64,000 bases of DNA, taken from assembly GCA_016932045.1 (NCBI GenBank), contig JAFGDO010000011.1, positions 5,997 through 69,996 of the forward strand. Reading direction: 5' to 3'. Below, one piece after another: positions 39,131 through 47,340 of the stretch (position 1 is its first letter; each line of letters starts with the position of its first letter). Made by a program: the position numbers and the translations under genes. Under the pieces are notes generated by a model. The model saw only the letters and a program-made list of their open reading frames with translations. It was not told the origin of the DNA and did not search any database. Origin of the DNA: Candidatus Dojkabacteria bacterium. GTDB taxonomy: Bacteria; Patescibacteriota; Dojkabacteria; JAHIVN01.

Positions 39131-39345
39131 CCCAGCCTCCAGCTATCAGCTATCTGATTATCTAGTTATCTATCCATCTCCTGTCCGCTTTGGGCAAAAA
39201 CTATCTAGCCGTATAACAATATTTCAACCTCCAATTATTCAAATATACGAATATGCAATTAGTAATTAAAAATAAATAATACGGCTATTGGCTATATGAC
39301 TATCCGACTATCTAGCTATCTGTCTATCTTCCATCCAAGGTGCTT
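39131..39345. repeat. Two clusters of CTATCTGA/CTATCCATC motifs upstream of the minor pilin genes
   Basis: Cluster 1 is ccagctatcagctatctgattatctagttatctatccatctcc. Cluster 2 is acggctattggctatatgactatccgactatctagctatctgtctatcttccatcc. Confidence 0.45.
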
Positions 39346-39473
39346 GTCTGTTGGTAGACAGGGATCCGCCTAGGTCGGAAACTACTTATCTGTGTCCTAC
39401 TTCTTTCCAATTTGAAACTTCTGACAGATATAGTACAATGTTTATGAAATTTTTTGGTTTTTGTAAATTAAGT

Positions 39474-40055
39474 ATGTCGAAACTAGGAAAGAAATTCTTA
39501 AAAATTTACTCAAGGCAATCTGCATATACTATTTTAGAACTATTAATAGTCTTGTCGGTTGTTGGTACGATGATGGGAATTGTTGTTTATGGTGTTGTTA
39601 AGTTTAGGCAGACTGTTATTGTAAGTAATACAGCGAAAGAGATAGTTATTCAGATGAGGAAAGCAAGGAGGTATTCAATTAATAACGTCGTTACATCAGA
39701 TGGATTGAATCCTAGAGGATATTATTTTTATATTGATAATAATACAAATTACTACTTTGGTGAATGCGATTCGGGAGGTTGCACACATGAAGAAAAGGTG
39801 AAATCTGTAGAATTAACAGGAGTTAATGTTTCAGCTTGTAAAGTTGCCGGAGGCAATAGTTATCCAGTAATAAAATTTAACCAGGTGACTGGAGAATTTA
39901 TCTTTGTAGCTAGTTCTGCTTCAAGTGATATTATGGGTGCCACATCCCCTTCCTATAATGAGACATGCATCATAGAAGTAGAGATCGGTGGGACCATAAG
40001 TTCCTTGAGGGAAATTGAAGTTTCTGGTCAGAATAGGACTATTAGAATTAAATAG
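39474..40055 (+). CDS. Type IV minor pilin/pseudopilin. The start is uncertain; alternatives are 39438 and 39351.
   Basis: The prepilin-like sequence MSKLGKKFLKIYSRQSA|YTILELLIVLSVVG has E at +5 and Ala, not Gly, at -1. Confidence 0.55.
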   Translation: MSKLGKKFLKIYSRQSAYTILELLIVLSVVGTMMGIVVYGVVKFRQTVIVSNTAKEIVIQMRKARRYSINNVVTSDGLNPRGYYFYIDNNTNYYFGECDSGGCTHEEKVKSVELTGVNVSACKVAGGNSYPVIKFNQVTGEFIFVASSASSDIMGATSPSYNETCIIEVEIGGTISSLREIEVSGQNRTIRIK

Positions 40056-40257
40056 TAGCGAACTGCAAACAGCAAACAATAACCTGTTTGCCGAATGGAA
40101 ATTGACGATTTAGCATTGTCCTTTGACTAGCTCGACTTGACTGTATTCGTCCCGAGGTCCTTCCTGGCCTGACGTGCAGGACAGACAGACCGAGGGAAGC
40201 TCGTCGCAGGCAGGATAGAAAGATTGTCATATTGTTTATTGTAATATGGGGATTTAA

Positions 40258-40803
40258 ATGAGTAAATTGATAGGTAGTAAAATAAGACATCTTAAGGAAT
40301 TGGTTCGAGGATCAGATGGGCTTGGACTAGTTGAGGTTTTAGTTGCTCTGGCAGTCGTAGGTACTGCTATGGTTATCATTACACAGATTAGCCTCAAGAC
40401 TATAAAGCAGGCGAGGAAAAATGAACTCCAGGACGTAGCCAACCAGGTAGCTGTCGAAGCTTTGGATTTTATGAAACAACCAGGTAATATCACAGTGGAA
40501 ACAATTGGCGGGAGTAGTCCTAATTTAAATGGCGGTTTGTACAGATTGGATGTTGCAAATGGGAAAATTGAGTATAGTTCTTCCCAGCAGGCTGAGTTAA
40601 GTACAAGTAATTGTACTCCAGGGAGTCACTATTTAGATGCAAGTCTTTACTCATCAGGGTACCATGTCTGTCAACAAATTAAACTGACGAAAGTTTCAGA
40701 ATATAGATTTAATATCAAAGTAATTGTGGTATGGCAGACAGTTGGAGGAGAATATGATATTCGCGAATTGGCAGGATATAGGATTGGTGAGATTATTACT
40801 TAA
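40258..40803 (+). CDS. Type IV minor pilin/pseudopilin
   Basis: The class III signal is ...VRGSDG|LGLVEVLVALAVVG with G-1 and E+5. Confidence 0.65.
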   Translation: MSKLIGSKIRHLKELVRGSDGLGLVEVLVALAVVGTAMVIITQISLKTIKQARKNELQDVANQVAVEALDFMKQPGNITVETIGGSSPNLNGGLYRLDVANGKIEYSSSQQAELSTSNCTPGSHYLDASLYSSGYHVCQQIKLTKVSEYRFNIKVIVVWQTVGGEYDIRELAGYRIGEIIT

Positions 40804-40813
40804 GAATAAATAA

Positions 40814-41395
40814 ATGGATATATGTCACAGGCTGTTACAAAAAGTTAAGAGAGTAATATTTTCCGATTCGAGTGGTTTCTCTTTACTTGAACTGTTAATT
40901 ACGCTTGGAATATTTTCAATATTGATGGTAACAGTGACAGCTATTCTAGTTATAAATTTAAATGTTGCAAGAAAGATAAAGGGAAGAACTTATGCAAGAG
41001 AAGAGACGGCTTTTGTTCTCAATATTCTCAAGAAAGACATAAGAAATGCCGAGTTTATAGAAGAAGATTCCGGGAAATTAAGAGTAGTTGTAATTGATGA
41101 AGGAGGAAACAGCCGTACTTATGAATGGTCCCATGATGGTGATGATATAGTTCGCGAGGAAACTATTCCTGACACAAGAGTTACTTATCGAACTCCTGAG
41201 GACGTTGATTTTGAATCATTTAATTTTACGGTAACTGAAAATGAAAATAATTGGCTAGTAAGAATTTCAGTTACAGCATGGAGCGCTGGAATGCCCGGGC
41301 AACCCCTTGAGGATGGGGGCTCATGTAGTAATACTGAACAGCAATGTATCACAAAAGAAGTTGCAATTGCTACTAGAAATTTCGAGGAGCTATAA
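40814..41395 (+). CDS. Type IV minor pilin/pseudopilin
   Basis: The class III signal is ...IFSDSSG|FSLLELLITLGIF with G-1 and E+5. Confidence 0.65.
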   Translation: MDICHRLLQKVKRVIFSDSSGFSLLELLITLGIFSILMVTVTAILVINLNVARKIKGRTYAREETAFVLNILKKDIRNAEFIEEDSGKLRVVVIDEGGNSRTYEWSHDGDDIVREETIPDTRVTYRTPEDVDFESFNFTVTENENNWLVRISVTAWSAGMPGQPLEDGGSCSNTEQQCITKEVAIATRNFEEL

Positions 41396-41462
41396 AGTAT
41401 AGTCTTGGAAATAATTTTGTAGTAATATGTAATCTAGAAAATGATACTATCTTACATTTTGC

Positions 41463-42404
41463 TTGTTTCTTATAATGAAGTTTTTTCTAAAATCGATCAT
41501 AAATAGAATTAAGAAGAGAGATGAATCAGGGCAAATGTTGCTTTTTGTCTTGGTTGTAATTTTATTATTGCTGATCATAGTTCTTGCTATTGTTGTAAAC
41601 GTAAGGGTAGATATAAAAGAAACTCAAATGGAAAGGGAGTATGAGATGGGATACGCTATAGCAGAGGAACAAATTTTTAAAATTGCTTCTCTGGGCTATG
41701 CTGATGCAAAGGCGGAAAATGATAGTGCAAATTCGTGTTATACAAACACAGGTGATACTGGAACATTCTGTCCAGGAACAGAAGGGTGTGCTGGGGGCTG
41801 GGTGTGTACGGCCTATTGCTGCAAGGACTCACCTCCTTCAGGATGTGACTGTGACAGCGGAGATTGTTTTGTTGATAAAGTGTGCACTCACAATAGTATA
41901 TTTGGTGTATCTATAAATCAAGATGAAACTTTGGAAGTCGACCTCGGTGGACAGTCGGTTAGTGACTTTACAGATATATTTATTGATTGGGATACTGCAG
42001 AGGCTATATCTTTAATGGTTGTTTACAAGGATGGCCCTGGTAATTATCTAAATCAAAGGTTAGCAATGTGCAGAGAAGGCAATAATGGTTGCTATACAGG
42101 ATTTATAAACTATGATAATAGTCTGAATCTTGAATCTGACTGGAAAGGTGGCGTTACTATTTCCGGAACTGCAGTACTAATGAGAATAAGAGCGATTGGT
42201 GGTCAGGCAACAAATGTAACTGTTACAGGCAGTAACCTTCCCGTACAAATGGATGAAGTACGAGTTCAAGGTTTTACTGAAGGAGTAGCAGATGCAAAAG
42301 GTTTGTCTGCTCCTGAAGTTACAACATTAGCGATGAAGAATAAAAGGTTACCTGCTCTATTTGATTATGTACTATTTGTAGCAAATGATGATGTTACTAA
42401 ATAG
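41463..42404 (+). CDS. Pilus-associated membrane-anchored Cys-rich protein (PilX-like position)
   Basis: There is an N-terminal pilin-like hydrophobic helix without E+5. The Cys-rich module is CPGTEGCAGGWVCTAYCCKDSPPSGCDCDSGDC. Confidence 0.45.
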   Translation: MFLIMKFFLKSIINRIKKRDESGQMLLFVLVVILLLLIIVLAIVVNVRVDIKETQMEREYEMGYAIAEEQIFKIASLGYADAKAENDSANSCYTNTGDTGTFCPGTEGCAGGWVCTAYCCKDSPPSGCDCDSGDCFVDKVCTHNSIFGVSINQDETLEVDLGGQSVSDFTDIFIDWDTAEAISLMVVYKDGPGNYLNQRLAMCREGNNGCYTGFINYDNSLNLESDWKGGVTISGTAVLMRIRAIGGQATNVTVTGSNLPVQMDEVRVQGFTEGVADAKGLSAPEVTTLAMKNKRLPALFDYVLFVANDDVTK

Positions 42405-42421
42405 TTATATTAATTTTTAAA

Positions 42422-42829
42422 ATGTTTGTACAAATGGCAGAGACAAAAGAAGCTAAAAAAAGACGGGTGTTAATTGTAGATGATGAGCCCGACCTGCGTA
42501 TGATGTTTAAGGACATTCTAGGTACTTTCGGGTACGAATTAGATGAGGCTAGCGATGGAGTTGAGTGTCTGGAGAAGCTAAAAAAGGGCAAATATGATCT
42601 TATCCTGCTCGATCTTATGATGCCTAGAATGGATGGTATGGAGGCTTTAACACGTATAAAGCAAGAGCCAGATAAGTATGGGAGTGCTCCTGTTCTCATT
42701 CTCACGAATCTTACAAGTGATGTGGCTATAAAGGAGGGATTTGAAAGGAAAGCTGATGGCTATCTTATCAAAACAGAGCTGACCCCGGAGCAAGTGGTGA
42801 AAGAGATAGAAAAGTCATTAGGTAAGTAA
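42422..42829 (+). CDS. Single-domain response regulator (CheY-like receiver)
   Basis: VLIVDDEPDLRMM...YDLILLDLMMPRMDG...PVLILT is present, with the phospho-acceptor Asp and the conserved Lys region. There is no output domain. Confidence 0.85.
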   Translation: MFVQMAETKEAKKRRVLIVDDEPDLRMMFKDILGTFGYELDEASDGVECLEKLKKGKYDLILLDLMMPRMDGMEALTRIKQEPDKYGSAPVLILTNLTSDVAIKEGFERKADGYLIKTELTPEQVVKEIEKSLGK

Positions 42830-42887
42830 AACATTAAAAAAACAGTTGTAAAAATACTCTTAATTCGCAATTTCGTTCTACTATTAT

Positions 42888-43439
42888 ATGAAGGTTCTTC
42901 TTGATAGGTTAAAAATGCTTTGTGACAATAAGATAATACTTATTGTATTTATACTCATCCAGCTGGTACTTCTCTATGGTTTGACTTATTGGGGTTATCA
43001 CTCCTCTCGCCTACCCTACTGGTTTGATAACTTTGTGCACGAGACGAGAGTATGGAGGATTTACGGTAGAAAAGATTATAGTGTGCGGCCTGTTAGTCCT
43101 GAGACTTGGTTGGACCCCAGGCTAGGTTTCCTAAAGAAATCTTTTTGTGTACAAGAGATAAATGGATTCTTAAGAGGGAAAGAGGTGGTCAGTGAGGAAA
43201 AGGAGTATTGGTATATTGAATCCAGTGATCATCCAGAGGTAAAGATAGAAGTGAATAAACCCGTTGGTGAGGTTTTCTTGAAAGATTGCCGAGATACTGA
43301 GGATTGCAGCAAAGTTCAGGAAGTATCAGGAAATATTGATGAAGTAGAAGTCGGAGATGCTTTGATTATCCTGCAGGAGGAATCATACGAAGAGGAGCAT
43401 ACGATAAAAACTGGGACTATACGTATAATTAAATATTAA
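42888..43439 (+). CDS. Hypothetical membrane-anchored protein
   Basis: 183-aa ORF with an N-terminal TM. Confidence 0.4.
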   Translation: MKVLLDRLKMLCDNKIILIVFILIQLVLLYGLTYWGYHSSRLPYWFDNFVHETRVWRIYGRKDYSVRPVSPETWLDPRLGFLKKSFCVQEINGFLRGKEVVSEEKEYWYIESSDHPEVKIEVNKPVGEVFLKDCRDTEDCSKVQEVSGNIDEVEVGDALIILQEESYEEEHTIKTGTIRIIKY

Positions 43440-43448
43440 AATGGTCAT

Positions 43449-43826
43449 TTGAAGAAAGTAACTTTGGTGCTAAAAATCATAGCAGTTGTTTTTTTTGTAT
43501 TGAATCTATTTGTGGGTATAGTTATGATTCTCAATGTTGCAAACATGAAGAATAAGTCGTTTTTTTATCTACACAAGTTGAGTAGTGATGGTGGATTGGA
43601 TGAACCAAAGGTGAATCAGTTAATTGAGGATTGTAACTATGCAGATGAAGTGCTTGTATGTAATACGAATAATGATTTTATGATTTGGGGGAGGTATGAA
43701 TATGGTTTGGGGAAATTATCAGCGGGGACTTGTGAAGTTCTTGGGCTTGATAAAAATGGTTTGTCTTACTGTGCAAGAGGCGAAAATTATTTATGGATTC
43801 AGCCCGTTACTTATGAGGAACGTTAG
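43449..43826 (+). CDS. Hypothetical membrane-anchored protein
   Basis: 125-aa ORF with an N-terminal TM and a conserved Cys pair. Confidence 0.4.
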   Translation: MKKVTLVLKIIAVVFFVLNLFVGIVMILNVANMKNKSFFYLHKLSSDGGLDEPKVNQLIEDCNYADEVLVCNTNNDFMIWGRYEYGLGKLSAGTCEVLGLDKNGLSYCARGENYLWIQPVTYEER

Positions 43827-46731
43827 TTGTACTACAAGGAAGATTTTATATTGTTTGACTAGTACTTTTTTGGTGCTGATGTTTTGTGTTTTATTGTTCA
43901 GGGCTAGTGAAGTAAATGCTGTTTGCGGTGATTGTGGGTCATGCGGTCACCAATGCGGCTCAAGTTGCAGCGGCTGTGCATTGTGTTGCGCTTGCGGTGG
44001 AAATCCTTCTTGTGGTACTGGCAGCTACCCTTACTGTTGTAAGGACTGCAATAAAGGTGGGCATACAGATTGCTGCTGTGGAGGTTGTTTTCCTCCTGAA
44101 ACAAAAGTTACCATGGCGGATGGTTCTTTTAAGAATATCGAGGATATGAATGAGGGAGATGAGATCCTTACTTATAATGATGATATAGGAAAGAATGTTG
44201 CTGGAGAAGTACTCCAGGTTAAAACTTTTTCGAGAAATGGATATTATGTAGTGAATGACAATTTGCTAAAAGTTAGCGACAGTCATCCTATATATGCAAG
44301 GAAGTGGTATGGGCGGGAAACGTGGGCAGCTATAAATAAGTTTCAGGGGATTGTTGACTCAGGGTTAACGGAGCTGTCTTCACTTGAGGTTGGTGACAGC
44401 ATTTTGAATCAGGAGGGCGAATGGATACAAATAACATCTTTAGAATATTTTGCTGGAGGACTTGAAACATACACTTTAGTTTCCGACAATGGAACATTTT
44501 ACGCTGAGGGTTTTTTAGTTCATAATAAAGGATGTAGTTGTCAGACACCCAACGGAGTATCTTTAGTTTCTCCTGCAAATGGTACAGTTGAAATTGCATC
44601 GACTAGTGTTACATTGGACTGGACAGACACTTCTGATTGGAAAAAATGTTGTGATGACTGCAGTAAACATTACGAAGTTAGATTGAAGACAACTGGTGAT
44701 TGGTATGAACCAGGCGATTGTACTAATCCAACTTCTTCGACTTGTACTGTATCAGGTTTAAGCTGGTGTACAACCTATCAGTGGCAGGTAAAAGCAGATA
44801 ATGGGTGCAAATCATCAAGTTATACAGGGGTGTGGACATTTAAAACGAACTGTCTTCCGGAAGTTATTTCAGTAACGCCATCAGGGAATTGGTCTGGGAC
44901 AGAAACTGATACGGATAATGCCTCGGGATGTAGTGATAATAATCCTCAGACTTTCCAGATTGAATATAGAGATCAAGATGGGCATGATGATCTGTACTCA
45001 CTGGGGATATGGATAGATGACCAGGCTCCGCATGTGATGCAGATGCACAGCTCAATGCATGGAATGGCATCAAGAAGAGAGGGAGATTGGAGGATGTTTG
45101 GTTGGAGCTGCGATACAAGCAGACATGACACATGCGGGAGTTTACTAGATTGTGATTGTTATCTGAATTGGGATCTTGATGTGCCTTATTATGGTGTTGT
45201 TATTCCAGAGTCAACATACTCAATTTGTTCACCGAAAACTATTACAAATAGATCTGATGAATCACCATGGGATTTTTATGCCTTGTGTGATCCTCAATAT
45301 GCTCCACCAGTGAATTGGACAATATCAAATCTTCAGGGTTTTCCAGCTTCAAATACTAAGCTGGTTGACTGGAAGGTATGGTTTTATGGGGATATTGGAA
45401 CAAACTTAGATATCTATGCTGTAGCTATTGATGAACATGGGGCAAGATCAGGCAACTGGCAGGACATAGGAGACTGGAAGTTGGATCTGGACCTGCCTTT
45501 GGCAGACCCAGCACCACAGCCAAATTCGGCTTCACAAATGAGGGTTGACTGGGCAGTAAGTGAGGCAAAAAGCGGTATAAGAACAATAGACAGAGATTGC
45601 AGGAGTGATTTAGGAAGTAGTGATATTCCTGATTGTGGATGTGCAACAGGATTATGTACAACGTGTGAGAATCCTGCTGATCCACAGACATGTTATAGGG
45701 GGAGGAATACGAATTGGAAGAAAGCAGATGGAACTGATGACGGGGTGGATGACGTGGTAATGCCGGGAGGGACAAGCTGGACACATACGAACTACGATAC
45801 GATAACAGACATATCAAGTATAGAAGACGTACAATACAAGCTGACAGTGTCAGATAATGCATGTAATCAAAATAGGGTCGTAGATGAACAGGAATTGGGC
45901 AAAAGATGGATAAGGACAGATTATGGAGATACATATGCAAGTGGAGGATATAGTCTGCAGATACCGGATTTGATAGCTGAGGATAAAAGAGACAACCTTT
46001 CAAGATTCATATGCTCATCAGGGGTAGCAGTGAATGCATTTAGTCCTGGGGGAGCAAGTGTATATAATTATAGACTTTTTAGTTATGCAGATGAGAATAA
46101 GAATAAGACGTTTTATGATTATCTTGAAGAGATAGTAAGAGAGAATGATGATCATGAAAGCTGGAACATGGGAAGCTTCAGTACACCAGCACAGTGGGAT
46201 GGGATACAAAGCGCAGGGACAGACGGAGTGTATGAATGGACAGCAGGGACAGATTTAAACCTTTCAGGGAAGAATTGTACTGCAAAGACATTAGTATTTG
46301 TTCCATCTGGGCAGCTTATTATAACGCCGAATTTCGGGGTAACTGATGTAAGTGTAGCTGGGAGTGATAATGGATGTGTATTTGTAGTAAGGGACAATAT
46401 AGTGATACAAGCAGGAGGAGTAGGAACAGGATCATATTCCTCACCATATTATCCAGACACTGTACCATATGATTCGGTATATGGATTCTTCATCACAGAT
46501 GGGAATGTGATAATAGATGCTGATACAAACTATGACCAGCTCTTGATAAAGGGAGGGGTGATAAGCAGGGGGGGGACATTTGGAAGGGACTTACTCCTGC
46601 TAGATAATCTAATATTTGCAGCAGAGAGGATAGAGTATGATGCAAGGTATCTGGACATATTGAAACCGTACATAGGAAGTAATTACACGTATAAAGTAAG
46701 AGAATACAAATATTCTGAACCTACCTACTAA
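43813..46731 (+). CDS. Large secreted protein with a bacterial intein-like (BIL/Hint) autoprocessing domain. Start chosen at MRNVSC; the ORF-track start is 43696.
   Basis: The signal peptide is MRNVSCTTRKILYCLTSTFLVLMFCVLLFRASEVNA. It is followed by a ~55-aa Cys/Gly/Ser-rich segment, then the Hint module CFPPETKVTMADGSF...LKVSDSHPIYA...TFYAEGFLVHN at nt 44086-44526. FN3-like and large C-terminal domains follow. Confidence 0.7.
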   Translation: MRNVSCTTRKILYCLTSTFLVLMFCVLLFRASEVNAVCGDCGSCGHQCGSSCSGCALCCACGGNPSCGTGSYPYCCKDCNKGGHTDCCCGGCFPPETKVTMADGSFKNIEDMNEGDEILTYNDDIGKNVAGEVLQVKTFSRNGYYVVNDNLLKVSDSHPIYARKWYGRETWAAINKFQGIVDSGLTELSSLEVGDSILNQEGEWIQITSLEYFAGGLETYTLVSDNGTFYAEGFLVHNKGCSCQTPNGVSLVSPANGTVEIASTSVTLDWTDTSDWKKCCDDCSKHYEVRLKTTGDWYEPGDCTNPTSSTCTVSGLSWCTTYQWQVKADNGCKSSSYTGVWTFKTNCLPEVISVTPSGNWSGTETDTDNASGCSDNNPQTFQIEYRDQDGHDDLYSLGIWIDDQAPHVMQMHSSMHGMASRREGDWRMFGWSCDTSRHDTCGSLLDCDCYLNWDLDVPYYGVVIPESTYSICSPKTITNRSDESPWDFYALCDPQYAPPVNWTISNLQGFPASNTKLVDWKVWFYGDIGTNLDIYAVAIDEHGARSGNWQDIGDWKLDLDLPLADPAPQPNSASQMRVDWAVSEAKSGIRTIDRDCRSDLGSSDIPDCGCATGLCTTCENPADPQTCYRGRNTNWKKADGTDDGVDDVVMPGGTSWTHTNYDTITDISSIEDVQYKLTVSDNACNQNRVVDEQELGKRWIRTDYGDTYASGGYSLQIPDLIAEDKRDNLSRFICSSGVAVNAFSPGGASVYNYRLFSYADENKNKTFYDYLEEIVRENDDHESWNMGSFSTPAQWDGIQSAGTDGVYEWTAGTDLNLSGKNCTAKTLVFVPSGQLIITPNFGVTDVSVAGSDNGCVFVVRDNIVIQAGGVGTGSYSSPYYPDTVPYDSVYGFFITDGNVIIDADTNYDQLLIKGGVISRGGTFGRDLLLLDNLIFAAERIEYDARYLDILKPYIGSNYTYKVREYKYSEPTY

Positions 46732-46855
46732 GGATCAAAACGATTAAGCAACTTAACCTTCATGCATTTAGATCACTTACTTCATTGTTGCTTAATGGTC
46801 CCGAATTATCTATACTGTCTTAGAGTATTTAAATTATTCTTCTTGTGACGTTATT

Positions 46856-47332
46856 ATGAGCAAGAGAAGAATCGGCTATATATTTATTCTTGTTGGTGTT
46901 CTAGTTGCAGTCTTTTCAGGTGTTGTTGTTCTATCACTAACCTTGAAGGAGAAAGAGGAATATAAGGAAATAGAAGAGATTGAGGAGGAAGAAGGGTTTG
47001 AAGAGGAAAGTCCCGAAGAGATAGTAAGGGAAGCTTTTGGAGGGGTTTATCCTTTAAGCGGTGAAATTATTGAGATAGACGTAGGTGAAAAGTGGATAAT
47101 GGTAAAGGTTGATGATGAAGAAAAAAGGTTTGATATTTCAGATAACTTTAAATGCGAGCAAATAGGTATGCCGGGTCAGGTTTGCGAAAGTATGGAAGGC
47201 ACCGGATGTGATTTGGAACCGTTAACTTGTAGGCTTTCTTCTGTCGAAATAGAGAATTCTCTTGGCGTTGATTTGGAGATTGATTCGGATAACGAGGCTG
47301 TATTTTTAAGAGTACATTACATTGCCCATTAA
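46856..47332 (+). CDS. Hypothetical acidic membrane-anchored protein
   Basis: N-terminal TM and a Glu-rich low-complexity region. Confidence 0.4.
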   Translation: MSKRRIGYIFILVGVLVAVFSGVVVLSLTLKEKEEYKEIEEIEEEEGFEEESPEEIVREAFGGVYPLSGEIIEIDVGEKWIMVKVDDEEKRFDISDNFKCEQIGMPGQVCESMEGTGCDLEPLTCRLSSVEIENSLGVDLEIDSDNEAVFLRVHYIAH

Positions 47333-47340
47333 TTTTTCGC

